DNA of 61,057 nucleotides, counting the filler, from Deltaproteobacteria bacterium (lineage in GTDB: Bacteria; Myxococcota; JACRCW01), in NCBI GenBank assembly GCA_016218805.1. It is 3 parts of 3 records of this genome, joined end to end, with 100 filler letters (N's around TTAATTAATTAA, not from the genome) between each part and the next. Parts side by side here need not be neighbours in the genome. Positions count along the whole stretch, not along the records: positions 28,180 to 51,680 come from JACRCW010000105.1; 2 more parts are not named here. One strand, given 5' to 3'. The translations under genes and the position numbers were made by a program. This document shows positions 32,512-42,542 of this stretch, in pieces; position 1 is the first letter of the stretch, and each line of letters opens with the position of its first letter. The notes beneath the pieces are model-generated. The model saw only the letters and a program-made list of their open reading frames with translations, did not search any database and was not told where the DNA came from.

Positions 32512-33033
32512 TCAGGGAGCCACGGGCGGCGCGCCGGGCACGCTCAGCTCAAGGGCGTTCTCCACGGAGAGAACCTCCAGCGCGTGGTCCTCGCACACCA
32601 GCGTGGCCGCGCGGATACCCTCGCCTGACAAGCGGCCGCACAGCGTGAAGGTGGCGTGCGCGCCCACCTCCACCGCGCGCGCCTCGCCCGTGCAGGGACC
32701 CAGCGGGTCCGCACTGCGCGGGAAGTACCGGCCGTCCCAGTGCAGGCGCACCTCGTGCCCGGGCTCCACGCGGCGGGACGGGTCACCGCACCGGCCCGGG
32801 TCCGCCACATCACCGCAGCGCCGTCCCAGACACGAATCCGACACCAGCAACGGACCGCCCGCCTCCACCCCGTCCACCCGGATCTCCAGGCCCAGCCCCA
32901 GCGCGCCGCCGCTGCCGTCATAGGCAAACATGGACGGATTGCGGACGACGAGGTGCACCTTGAACGGCGAGGCGTCCCCGCAGGACAGCAGCAGGCTCGC
33001 GGCTACCAACAGCACGGCGGGGCGCAACGACAT
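32512..33033 (-). CDS. Hypothetical lipoprotein
   Basis: LLLSC lipobox; several Cys; co-oriented 9 nt upstream of the hydrolase. Confidence 0.65.
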   Translation of the reverse strand: MSLRPAVLLVAASLLLSCGDASPFKVHLVVRNPSMFAYDGSGGALGLGLEIRVDGVEAGGPLLVSDSCLGRRCGDVADPGRCGDPSRRVEPGHEVRLHWDGRYFPRSADPLGPCTGEARAVEVGAHATFTLCGRLSGEGIRAATLVCEDHALEVLSVENALELSVPGAPPVAP

Positions 33034-33702
33034 CGCCGCGGGATCCTGCCCGTGCCGTCGCTCGCCCGCAACCTTCCTGCCGGTGCGCCCCGGTCACCCT
33101 GCCGGGCCCCGCGGCACACGCCGGCGGCGCCAAGCGGGCCGCCGTCCGGCGCGCGTGAGTCCGCTTCCACGCGCGGGATGCCGCGGCCTTCGCCAACCAC
33201 TTCAATGACAGCTCCGCCGTGGCGCCCGGGTCACGCCGCCCCTCTGAGGACGCTGCCGTGAAATCCTCACCGTTGGGCACCATGGCCGCCAGGCCCAGCG
33301 CGGACGCGCTCTTGGAGCGGTGGTTCACGTTCTGCACCGCCTGTGCGCGTTCCGCCCCCGGCACACCACGTCCGCGCCCAGCAGCAGGTCGCCGCCGCGC
33401 AGCGCAATGGCGGGGAGCGTGCGGCACAGGGACAGGTACGGTTCACGCGTGATGCGCTCCCGCAGGGCCGGCAGATCCTCCGGAATGCCGGCGGAACGCG
33501 GATGGGGTCCGGCCTCCGTCATGGAACCCACGCGCCAGTGCGGCGGCGCCGCGGTGACGGGCGCTGACAGGAAGGCCAGCAGCCGCAGGTACCCGCGGCG
33601 CATGCGTGCAGGGTGACACCGTCCGGTGTTGGGATCCACCGGGCCGTCACGTTTCCGTCCGTACCGCGATGAATGACAGGACGGCGGAAAGGACGTGAAT
33701 CC

Positions 33703-34497
33703 ATGCGCGGCGTGGCAGTGGTGTGGGTGGCGGCAGGGCTGGTGGGGTGCGCGGCAGACGCGGACCCGGTGGAACTTGCGGCAACGGTGCTTCGCAGCGA
33801 CGGGATGGCCATCCGCGCGGGGCAGCGCTGCTCGGTGAGGATGCGGCCGGACTGGCGCGCCGGGGTGAACTGTCATGTGAGCGTGGTGTGCGCGGGCGTG
33901 TCGCTGTTTGGCGGGAAGCGGCTGGGCGGCTACGCGCGCTGTACCACCGAGAACCACCGCTTCACGGGCGCCGCCGACGACAGGCCCAGCAGCCGCGACG
34001 GCGACCCGGCGCTGGCGCTGGACCTGCGCACCGGTGAGGTGCGGGTGGAGGACGACCGGCCCGCGTTCCGCGCGCTGCTGCGGGTGGAGACCCGTACGGC
34101 CGCGCACAGGGTGGTGCCCGCGTGGCGTGCGGGTCCGGACGACGGGACGGGGATTGGCTGCAACGCGGAGGGCCGTGGTAGGTTGCCCGCAGGTGGGATG
34201 CGTGAATACCCCACGCATCCCGAGGTCATTTCCCGACGAGCGGGAGCCGGAACCGCGCCGGAGGAACCGCGGAGTGGACACGCGGGATGGACGTCAAGTG
34301 TGACCAGTGCGGGACGGAGTACGAGTTTGACGACGACCGCCTCTTCAAGGAGGCGGTCACCGTCAAGTGCGCGTCCTGCGGGTTCATCTTCAAGGTCCGC
34401 CGCGACGAGCCCGCGGAGGCCTCCCGGCCGTCACCGGCGGCGGCCAAGAAGGCCGGCGCCGCGTGGATGGTGCGGCAGGTCAACGGCAACATCCTGA
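33703..34497 (+). CDS. Hypothetical lipoprotein, 3' end uncertain
   Basis: GLVGC lipobox; only the first ~130 aa look coding, and the frame then overlaps the next gene by ~210 nt. Confidence 0.5.
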   Translation: MRGVAVVWVAAGLVGCAADADPVELAATVLRSDGMAIRAGQRCSVRMRPDWRAGVNCHVSVVCAGVSLFGGKRLGGYARCTTENHRFTGAADDRPSSRDGDPALALDLRTGEVRVEDDRPAFRALLRVETRTAAHRVVPAWRAGPDDGTGIGCNAEGRGRLPAGGMREYPTHPEVISRRAGAGTAPEEPRSGHAGWTSSVTSAGRSTSLTTTASSRRRSPSSARPAGSSSRSAATSPRRPPGRHRRRPRRPAPRGWCGRSTATS

Positions 34498-36476
34498 CGT
34501 TCAAGGAACTGACCACGCTGCAGAAGTGGATCGTGGAGCGGAAGGTCAGCCGCGAGGACGAGATCTCCAAGTCCGGCGAGACGTGGAAGCGGCTGGGCAC
34601 CATTGCGGAGCTGGCCAGCTTCTTCCAGGTCGTGGACACGGCGGCGCAGGCCCACCAGGCGCCGCCGTCGTCCGGTCCACCCGCGCCGCCGCCCCCGCAA
34701 CTCCCGCCCATGATGCAGCCGGGGATGTTCGGCGGTGCTGCCGTGCAGGTGGCGGGCATGCCGCAGCTGCCCACCAACCTGCCGCCGGGGACGCTCATGG
34801 TGCAGCAGGTCCCCGGCGGGCCGTTTGTGCCGGCGCAGATCACGGGTTCCTACGGGGCGTACGCGTACCCGCAGGCCGCCGGTGCGTTCCCCGGTGCGCC
34901 CTACCCGCCGGGCGCGTATCCGCAGCACTACCCGCCGCCGCCGGGCGCCTACCCGCTGCCTCAGACGGATCCGTCGCTCTATCCGGCGGGCATGCCCCCC
35001 ATGCCGGCGGCATCCCTGCCGCCCCCGCCCGCTCCCGTGGCCGCGCCCGCCGTGCCGGTGGCGCCCGCGCCCCTGCCGCGCGTGCCCGTGGCCAGCAGCG
35101 CTGACCCGGAGGAGTTGCTGGACGACGACGATCCGGTCCTCAAGTGGCAGCGCGCGCGGCGGCGCAACACGATCATTGGCGTGCTGGTGGTGCTGCTGGT
35201 GGGCGGTGCCACCACCACGTGGCTGCTGGCGCCGCAGCTGGTGGAGGACCTGCTGGGTCCGTACCTGGGCCGGCCTTCGGCGGCCGCCACGGCGGCACTT
35301 GGGCGCGCCCGGGACGCGTTCTGGGGCGGGAACACACGGGCGCTCCGGCGGTGCGTGACGGAGTCAGACGCGGCGCTGCAGGCCGCGCCCAATCACCCGG
35401 AGGCGCTGGCCCTGCGCGCCATGTGCATGGGCTACCTGGGCGCCGGGCTTTCCGAGGAGAAGGCCGAGGTGGCCGCGCGCATGGCACTGCCGGCCACGCC
35501 CGCCGCGGAGCTGGACAAGCTCAAGGCGCGCGGCGCGGAGCTGACAACGCAGGAGACCGAGCAGTTCAAGGCGGCGTTTGAGTCCGCGCGGGCCGCGGTG
35601 GCGCAGGGGCCGCAGAACATGTCCGCGGCGCTGTCCGTGGCGGCGTACTACGCGGTGCGTGCGGCGCCCGCCGAGGCCAAGCCGTACGTGGAGCGCGCCG
35701 CGGCGGCGCTGCCCGCGCAGGATCCCTGGTTGCAGCTGGTGCAGACGGAGTTGAAAGCCGCGGACCCCGCGGGACGTGCGGGTGCGCTGGAGGACGTGGC
35801 GGCCATGGCGCAGGTGCCGGCAATGCGCGTGATGGGGTTGTACCGCGCGGCAGCGTGGAGCGTGGCGGCGCGCGCTCCGGGGGCGCAGGCCGCGGTGGAC
35901 GCGCTGCTCAGGGCGGACCCGCAGCACGAGCGCGGCAATGCGATGGCGGCGCACCTCAAGGCGCTGGCCGCCCCACCACCGCCCGCGCCTGTCGTCGTGG
36001 ATGCCGGGCCCCCGCCCGAGGAGAAGAAGCCGGAAGAACACAAGCCGCCGGAGGAGAAGAAGCCGGAGGAGACGCCGCCAGCCGACGACAAGGGCGAAAA
36101 GAAGGGCGGCAAGATGACGTTTGACCGTCTGCTGGCGGCGGCGGAACGCGCCAAGGACAAGGGCCAGTGCGGCCGCGCGTCCGGCATGTTCATGAAGGCG
36201 CAGGAGATGGAGCCGGAGCGCGCGGAGCCGCACGTGGGCCTGGGGTGGTGCTTCATTGACCAGGAGAAGTTCACCGCGGCCATGGGGGAGTTTGACCGTG
36301 CGGCGCAGCTCAACCCGTCCTACGCGGAGGCGTACGTGGGCCTGGGTGAGGTCTACAAGTACCGCGGCGACAAGCTGAACGCCGTCAGGAACTACCAGAA
36401 ATACCTGACCATCCTTCCGGACGGCCCGGAGGCTGAGTTGGCGCGCAACAACATCAATGAGCTGAAGACGAAGTAA
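34287..36476 (+). CDS. MJ0042-type zinc-ribbon + GYF-like + Pro-rich linker + TM + TPR protein
   Basis: CDQC...CASC zinc ribbon; W...LQKWI...DEIS..GETWKRL GYF-like domain; TM IIGVLVVLLVGG; C-terminal TPRs. Confidence 0.85.
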   Translation: MDVKCDQCGTEYEFDDDRLFKEAVTVKCASCGFIFKVRRDEPAEASRPSPAAAKKAGAAWMVRQVNGNILTFKELTTLQKWIVERKVSREDEISKSGETWKRLGTIAELASFFQVVDTAAQAHQAPPSSGPPAPPPPQLPPMMQPGMFGGAAVQVAGMPQLPTNLPPGTLMVQQVPGGPFVPAQITGSYGAYAYPQAAGAFPGAPYPPGAYPQHYPPPPGAYPLPQTDPSLYPAGMPPMPAASLPPPPAPVAAPAVPVAPAPLPRVPVASSADPEELLDDDDPVLKWQRARRRNTIIGVLVVLLVGGATTTWLLAPQLVEDLLGPYLGRPSAAATAALGRARDAFWGGNTRALRRCVTESDAALQAAPNHPEALALRAMCMGYLGAGLSEEKAEVAARMALPATPAAELDKLKARGAELTTQETEQFKAAFESARAAVAQGPQNMSAALSVAAYYAVRAAPAEAKPYVERAAAALPAQDPWLQLVQTELKAADPAGRAGALEDVAAMAQVPAMRVMGLYRAAAWSVAARAPGAQAAVDALLRADPQHERGNAMAAHLKALAAPPPPAPVVVDAGPPPEEKKPEEHKPPEEKKPEETPPADDKGEKKGGKMTFDRLLAAAERAKDKGQCGRASGMFMKAQEMEPERAEPHVGLGWCFIDQEKFTAAMGEFDRAAQLNPSYAEAYVGLGEVYKYRGDKLNAVRNYQKYLTILPDGPEAELARNNINELKTK

Positions 36477-36483
36477 CCCGCGC

Positions 36484-38253
36484 CTACTCGTCATCCGAGC
36501 GCGGGGCGCGCGTGACGGCGCGCCCGCCGCGCTCCTCCGTCCACTCCGCCACGGCTTCCAGCGTCCCGTCCAGGAAACCTGCGCGTGCCGCGTACCGCTG
36601 CACCTTGCCGCTGGACGTCTTGGGGATGGACAGCATCCGCACCAGCGTGAACGCCGCCAGTTCCACGCCGTGCACGGCGCGCAGCGCGGCGCGCACTGCG
36701 GGGATCACCGCGTCCAGGTCCGCCTTCTGCCGGCGTTCCAGCTCACACACCATGGCCAGGCGCACCACGCCGCCCAGCTCCACGGTGAACGCCGCGCCAA
36801 ACCCGCCGCGCAGCGCCGGGTGCGCCGCCTCCGCCGTCATCTCAATCTCCTGCGGCGGGATGGCGCGCCCGTCCAGTTGCAGCACGTCGGCAGCGCGCGC
36901 CACAAAGAACAGCTCGCCGGCGTCCAGAAATCCCAGGTCGCGCGTGCGCCAGTACGGCCCCTGTCCGTCGGCCAGCGTGGCGCCCAGCTCGTCCGCGGTG
37001 CGGTCCGCGCGGTTCCAGTACGCCCGCGCCACGGACGGGCCGCGCACCCACACCTCGCCCACCACGCGGTCCGGGAGCGGCTGGCGGCGCTGCGGGTCCA
37101 CCACCCGCACCTCCTGCCCGCCCAGCGGACGCCCGCACCCGGCCAGCAGGACCGTTGCGGGGCCCGTCTCCTCCGACGACACCACCGCGCGGCCGCGGTA
37201 CAGCGCCTCGCGCTCCACGGGCAGCACGCGCGGCGCGCGTCCGCGCCAGCCGCCGGCGACGATGAGCGTGTTCTCCGCGCCGCCGTAACAGGGATAGAAG
37301 GCGGAGGCGCGGAACCCGCACGCGGCAAAGGCGCGCGTGAACCGCTCCAGGGTGGCGGGCCGGATGGGCTCCGCCCCGGTGAACGCCAGCTCCCAGCTGG
37401 ACAGGTCCAGCCCCGCCTTCTGTTCCGCCGTCACCACGCGCGCGCACAGTTCGTACGCCATGTCCGGCCCGCCGCTGACGTTGGCCTTCAGCACGCTGAT
37501 GGCCCGCAGCCAGCGCCACGGGCTTTGCAGGAATGCCGCGGGGGACATCAGCGTCGTCGGACAGCCAATCCACAGCGGCTGCAGCACGCCGCCAATGAGC
37601 CCCATGTCATGGTACACCGGCAGCCAGAACAGGCCGCGCTCGTCGGGGGAGTGCTGGAATCCGTCCGCAATGAGTTTCGCCTGCGCCGCCAGGTTGCCGT
37701 GCGTGACCATCACCCCGCGCGGCGGTGCCGTGGTGCCGGAGGTGTACTGCAGGAACGCCACCGTGGACGGGTCAATGGCGGGTGCCACCCAGCCGTCCGC
37801 GGCGCGCTCGTCCATCCCGTCGGTGGTGAGCCACTGCAGGCGCGCCAGCGCGGGTTGGTCCGCCAGGCGCGGGGCCAGCTTCTCCATGATGCCGCGCGTG
37901 GTGAGCGCCAGCGTGGCCTGCGCGTCATCCACCACGGCCTGCAGCCGCGGGCTGGGGCGGTTGGGCCGCGGCGGATAGGCGGGCACGGCCATGATGCCGG
38001 CGTACAGGCAGCCAAAGAACGCGGCGATGTACTCAAGCCCCGGCGGGTACAGCAGCAGCGCCCGGTCACCGGGACGCGCGTGCCCCAGCAGCCACGCGCC
38101 AATGGCGCGCGCGTGGTGATCCAGCGCCGCGTAGGTGACGCGAACCTCCTCGCCGTCCCCTTCCGGGATCCACGCGTACGCGTGCCCGCCCGGGTTCTCC
38201 CGCGCGCGCTTGCGCAGCAACTCAACCAGGTGCCCCGGGTGCGGTGCGGTCAT
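36484..38253 (-). CDS. Fatty acyl-AMP ligase (FAAL) family protein
   Basis: LLLYPPGLEYIAAFFGCLYAG, FLQYTSG, WLPVYHDMGLIG, GAEPIR, IPKTSSGKVQR. Confidence 0.9.
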   Translation of the reverse strand: MTAPHPGHLVELLRKRARENPGGHAYAWIPEGDGEEVRVTYAALDHHARAIGAWLLGHARPGDRALLLYPPGLEYIAAFFGCLYAGIMAVPAYPPRPNRPSPRLQAVVDDAQATLALTTRGIMEKLAPRLADQPALARLQWLTTDGMDERAADGWVAPAIDPSTVAFLQYTSGTTAPPRGVMVTHGNLAAQAKLIADGFQHSPDERGLFWLPVYHDMGLIGGVLQPLWIGCPTTLMSPAAFLQSPWRWLRAISVLKANVSGGPDMAYELCARVVTAEQKAGLDLSSWELAFTGAEPIRPATLERFTRAFAACGFRASAFYPCYGGAENTLIVAGGWRGRAPRVLPVEREALYRGRAVVSSEETGPATVLLAGCGRPLGGQEVRVVDPQRRQPLPDRVVGEVWVRGPSVARAYWNRADRTADELGATLADGQGPYWRTRDLGFLDAGELFFVARAADVLQLDGRAIPPQEIEMTAEAAHPALRGGFGAAFTVELGGVVRLAMVCELERRQKADLDAVIPAVRAALRAVHGVELAAFTLVRMLSIPKTSSGKVQRYAARAGFLDGTLEAVAEWTEERGGRAVTRAPRSDDE

Positions 38254-38269
38254 GCTTGGACAGGGTCAC

Positions 38270-38677
38270 TCAGCCGGCGGACTTCAGGCCCGCCTGGATG
38301 GCCCGCAGGATGTCAAAGCGCGTGATGGCGCCAACCAGTTTGCCGTTCTCCAGCACGGGAAAGCGCCGGAAGGACGCCTGCAGGAACATGCCGGCCACAA
38401 AGTACACGTTCATGTTGGGCGCCACGTAGTCCACCTTGGTGGTCATGAACTCCTTGACGGTGCCGCGCGGGTAGTCACCGTCCACGCCGGTGGACAGCAG
38501 GCGCAGGCAGTCCTTCTCCGTCACCATGCCCACCATTTCACCCGCGTCATTGACCACGGGAGCGCCGGTGACGTGGTTCTTGAGCAGGAAGTCCACCGCC
38601 TCCAACATGGGCGCGTCGGGCTTCAGCGTGGGAACCACCTTGTCCATGAAGTCGCGGACGACCGGGAGCTTCGACAT
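38270..38677 (-). CDS. CBS-domain pair protein
   Basis: VRDFM...GAPVV...VGMVTEKD and VKEFM...RRFPV...LVGAITRFD. Confidence 0.9.
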   Translation of the reverse strand: MSKLPVVRDFMDKVVPTLKPDAPMLEAVDFLLKNHVTGAPVVNDAGEMVGMVTEKDCLRLLSTGVDGDYPRGTVKEFMTTKVDYVAPNMNVYFVAGMFLQASFRRFPVLENGKLVGAITRFDILRAIQAGLKSAG

Positions 38678-38847
38678 TTGTCCGTCCTCCAGCTGCGTGA
38701 CCGCCTCCATCATCACCCGAACAGGGGGGGCCCGGCCAGCGCTGCCGAGGACGCGGTGGAGTTCTCTTGTCTCAGCGCCCCGCCGCGGGCATGTTCCCGC
38801 CCCGAGGTACCGCGGCAGCCGCGGCGCCCGCCCCCGGGGAGCGCACA

Positions 38848-39858
38848 ATGAGCGAAAGCGTTGCCATCATCGGCGCCGGCAGCTTTGGAACCGCGCTGGC
38901 GAAGGTGTTTGCGGAGAACGGCCACCGCACCGTCATCTGGGCGCGGGATGCGGAGACCGCGCGGCAGATCAACGACAAGCACCGGCACCCCCGCTACCTC
39001 ACCAGCGTGCAGCTTCCCGCGGGGCTCGTCGCCACGGCGGCGTTTGAGGACGCGCTGCGGGACGCCCAGGTGGTCGTGTGCTCGGTCCCCAGCCACGCGG
39101 TGCGCACCACGTTCACGGACGCCCGCCCGTTCCTGCGTGATGATCAGTTCATCCTGTCCGCCACCAAGGGCATTGAGAACGAGACGCTGATGACGGTGGC
39201 GCAGGTCCTGGAGCAGGTGCTGCCCGCTTCCATGCACCCCCGGCTCGCGTACCTGTCCGGCCCCTCCTTTGCCCTGGAGCTGGCGCGGCGTGTGCCCACC
39301 GCGGTCACCATTGCGTCGCGCAACGCGGACACTGCGGAGCGCATGCAGCGCATCATCAGCTGCGACTACTTCCGTGCGTACACCACGGATGACGTTGTGG
39401 GCGTGGAGCTGGCCGGCGCACTGAAGAACGTGGTGGCCATTGGCGTGGGATGCGCGGAAGGCCTGGGGTTTGGTTACAACGCGCGCGCGGCCATGATCAC
39501 GCGCGGGCTGGCGGAGATGGCGCGCCTGGGCATGAAGATGGGCGCCAACCCCATGACGTTTGCCGGTCTGGCGGGCGTGGGTGACCTGATGCTGACGTGC
39601 TTTGGCGAGTTGAGCCGCAACCGCTCCGTGGGCTTCCAGCTGGGGCAGGGCAAGAAGCTGGAGGACATCCTCAAGAACCTGGGCATGGTGGCGGAGGGCG
39701 TGAAGACGGCCAAGAGCGCCTGGGACCTCTCCCAGCGCGAAGGCGTGGAGATGCCGCTGGCCCACGCCGCCTACCAGATCCTGTACGAGGGCCGCACGCC
39801 CCGCGACATCGTCTACGAGCTGATGGGCCGCGCGCTGCGCAAGGAACTGGACCACTAG
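38848..39858 (+). CDS. gpsA: NAD(P)H-dependent glycerol-3-phosphate dehydrogenase
   Basis: IIGAGSFGTALA, ATKGIE, LSGPSFA, GALKNVVAI, GLAGVGDL.LTC..SRN. Confidence 0.97.
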   Translation: MSESVAIIGAGSFGTALAKVFAENGHRTVIWARDAETARQINDKHRHPRYLTSVQLPAGLVATAAFEDALRDAQVVVCSVPSHAVRTTFTDARPFLRDDQFILSATKGIENETLMTVAQVLEQVLPASMHPRLAYLSGPSFALELARRVPTAVTIASRNADTAERMQRIISCDYFRAYTTDDVVGVELAGALKNVVAIGVGCAEGLGFGYNARAAMITRGLAEMARLGMKMGANPMTFAGLAGVGDLMLTCFGELSRNRSVGFQLGQGKKLEDILKNLGMVAEGVKTAKSAWDLSQREGVEMPLAHAAYQILYEGRTPRDIVYELMGRALRKELDH

Positions 39859-39878
39859 CCGCACAAGGAGACCGCCGG

Positions 39879-40970
39879 ATGCGCACGCTGCTTCTGCTTG
39901 CCACTCTTGCTGCAGCGCCGGCGCTGGACGCCGACACCCTGCTCAGCGCGGGTGAGCTGTACGTGAAGAACGGCGACGGAAAGAAAGCCATCCCCGTCCT
40001 GGAGAAGGCGCTCAAGGCGGGCACGCTGGACGCGGCGGGGCAGGGGCGCGCGCTGACCGCGCTGGGCGTGGCCAGGAGCCAGCTGGGCGACAACGACGCG
40101 GCGGTGGCGCACTTTGAGGAGGCGATTGCCAAAAACCCCGCCGACGAGAAGCCGTACCTCATGCTGGGGATGACCTACGACATCACCGACCGTTACGAGG
40201 AGGCGCGCAAGGCGTACCGCCGCGGGGTGGAGAAGTTCCCCAAGAGCGGCTCGCTGCTGCGGGAGCTGGGTGCCACGGAACTGCTGCTGGGCGACGCGGC
40301 CGCCGCGGTGGAGCACCTGGGCGCGGCGATGAAGCGGCAGGCGGAGGACCCTGAGCTGATGCGCGACTACGGCGCGGCGCTGCTGGCCGTGGGGCGCGCG
40401 GAGGATGCGGTGAAGGTGCTGCAGGATGCGCGCGGGCTGGACAGCGAGAACGCGCAGGTGGTCTTCACGCTGGCGGATGCGCTGGCCAAGGCCGGCCGCG
40501 TGCAGCCCGCGCTGGAGGCGTATGACGACGCCATCAACCTGGACCGGAACCACGCGCCGGCGCACTTCCACAAGGGCCTGCTGCTGGCCAAGAAGGGGGA
40601 TGCGGCGGGTGCGGTGGCGTCCTACCGCGCCGCGCTGAAGGCGGACCCCGGCCTGCTGCGCGCGCGCGCCGCGCTGGGCGTGGCGCTGTCACGGCTGGAG
40701 GGCAAGGAGGATGAGGCGCTGCAGGTGCTGCGCGCCGTCGTGGAGAAGGATCCGTCGTTTGCCGAGGCCCACGCGCAGATTGCGGCGGTGCTGGAAAAGA
40801 AGGGCGACCTGCCGGGCGCGGAACAGGCCATGACCGCCGCCGTGTCCCGGCGCGAGGGTGACGCGCGGCTGTGGCGCGAACTGGCGCGCCTGCAGGAGAA
40901 GCGGGGCCGCAAGAAGGAGGCGGAAGCGAGCCTCAAGGCCGCCCAGAAGGCGGAGAGGGGGCAGCAATGA
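39879..40970 (+). CDS. Secreted TPR-repeat protein
   Basis: AAGGAG SD, signal peptide, consecutive 34-aa TPR motifs. Confidence 0.88.
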   Translation: MRTLLLLATLAAAPALDADTLLSAGELYVKNGDGKKAIPVLEKALKAGTLDAAGQGRALTALGVARSQLGDNDAAVAHFEEAIAKNPADEKPYLMLGMTYDITDRYEEARKAYRRGVEKFPKSGSLLRELGATELLLGDAAAAVEHLGAAMKRQAEDPELMRDYGAALLAVGRAEDAVKVLQDARGLDSENAQVVFTLADALAKAGRVQPALEAYDDAINLDRNHAPAHFHKGLLLAKKGDAAGAVASYRAALKADPGLLRARAALGVALSRLEGKEDEALQVLRAVVEKDPSFAEAHAQIAAVLEKKGDLPGAEQAMTAAVSRREGDARLWRELARLQEKRGRKKEAEASLKAAQKAERGQQ

Positions 40971-42532
40971 GACGCGTGGCACTGCTGGCCGGACTGCTGG
41001 GCGCGGGGCGGGTCTGGGCGGGTCCCGCCGCGGCGCTGCACGTGACGGCGGAGGTGGACGGGGAGGCCGCCCCGGATTGCGTGCTGCGCGCCTATGCGGC
41101 GGGCTCGCTGTCCCGCGAGAACCAGGCGGCGCCCGAGCCGGTGGCGACGGGCAAGGTGGGCGAAGACGTGGAGCTGAAGCCCGGCAAATACGACGTGGCA
41201 CTGGAGTGCCCCGTGGAGTCCCGCAAGGTGGACGCGCTGTCCCGCGGCGTGGCGGTGAAGGCCGGCAAGGCCACGCCGCTGGCCGTGAAGATTGAAAAGG
41301 GCGCATTCATTGTCCACGGCGTGCATGGGGACAGCCGCGCCCAGAAGGGCGAGTACACCGTGTGGTTTGAGGGCACCGCCATCACGGCGGGGCAGGCCGC
41401 GGTGGGCAGCCGCGTCACCGTGGCCGCGGGCAACTACGACGTGAAGCTGGAAACCGAGGTGGACGGCGAGCCGGTGGTGGTGCTGGTGCAGAAGTACGCG
41501 GTGAAAGCCGGCCGCCCGCAGGTGCTGAACATGGACATCAGCCCCGGGATGGTGAAGCTGCTGGTCACCCGCAACGGCAAGCCCGCCGAGGGCGGCGGCG
41601 CGGTGACCTTCCCCGGCCAGCGTGAGCGCATCAAGGAGTTCACCGCCGGCGAACCGGTTCCCGTCAGCCCCGGTACGTACGACGTGCTGGGCAGCCTGGC
41701 GTCCAGCTTTGATTTCACGGAGAAGCGGCAGCGCAAGGTGGTCATCAAGGCGGGTGAGGTCACCGAGGTGAAGATGGACCTGCCGCGCGGCACCGTGCGC
41801 ACCACGTGCACCATGGATGGCAAAGAGGTGCCCGCCAGCGTGCAGGGGTTCATCCCGGGCGCGCCGGACTACTTCAACACCGCGCCGTGCGGGCAGATCC
41901 TGGAACTGTCCCCGGGGAAGTACCAGTTCAAGCTGGTCCTGGACGCCGAAAAGGCGGGCTGGAAGGTGCAGGGCGGCGTCCCACCACCCGAGGTGTGGCA
42001 CCGCAACGTTGTGGTGGCCGCGTCCAAGGGCGGCGAGGTGAAGGCTGACTGGACGCCCGCGCGGCTGCGCGTCACCGCCAAGAAGAATGGCACTCCCACC
42101 GAGGCGGCGGTCACCGTGCTCAAGCCCGGCGGCCCGGCGGTGGGCGGCGGTCCCGCCGGCGAGGAACTGGTGCTGATCCCCGGCCGGTACGACGTGGAAC
42201 TGCTGTTCCCCGGCAAGCGCGGCCCGGCGCGGGAACTGGTGCGCGGCGTGGATTGCCCGGCGGGGAAGACCAGCGCGGTGGGCGTCAACCTGGAGCGCGC
42301 CACGCTTACGCTGGACGTGTTTGCGGCGGGACAGCCGCGCGCGGACGCGGAGGTGCTCTTGTTCAAGGAGGGCAGTGACATTCCCTACGCGCGCGGCAAG
42401 GCCGGCGAGGAACTGGAGGTCCCGCCGGGGGACTGGGTGCCGGAGGCGCGCGCGGGTGAGCTGCGCCGCCAGTTCTCACGCATGCGCCTGCGGGCCGGAG
42501 ACCGCGAGCACCGCAAGGTGGAGCTGGAGTGA
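40967..42532 (+). CDS. Secreted protein of repeated beta-sandwich (PEGA-like) domains
   Basis: Signal peptide; repeated PGKYDV/AGNYDV/PGTYDV/PGKYQF/PGRYDV/PGDW motifs; ATGA coupling. Confidence 0.75.
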   Translation: MRRVALLAGLLGAGRVWAGPAAALHVTAEVDGEAAPDCVLRAYAAGSLSRENQAAPEPVATGKVGEDVELKPGKYDVALECPVESRKVDALSRGVAVKAGKATPLAVKIEKGAFIVHGVHGDSRAQKGEYTVWFEGTAITAGQAAVGSRVTVAAGNYDVKLETEVDGEPVVVLVQKYAVKAGRPQVLNMDISPGMVKLLVTRNGKPAEGGGAVTFPGQRERIKEFTAGEPVPVSPGTYDVLGSLASSFDFTEKRQRKVVIKAGEVTEVKMDLPRGTVRTTCTMDGKEVPASVQGFIPGAPDYFNTAPCGQILELSPGKYQFKLVLDAEKAGWKVQGGVPPPEVWHRNVVVAASKGGEVKADWTPARLRVTAKKNGTPTEAAVTVLKPGGPAVGGGPAGEELVLIPGRYDVELLFPGKRGPARELVRGVDCPAGKTSAVGVNLERATLTLDVFAAGQPRADAEVLLFKEGSDIPYARGKAGEELEVPPGDWVPEARAGELRRQFSRMRLRAGDREHRKVELE

Positions 42533-42542
42533 GGCGCCCGGC

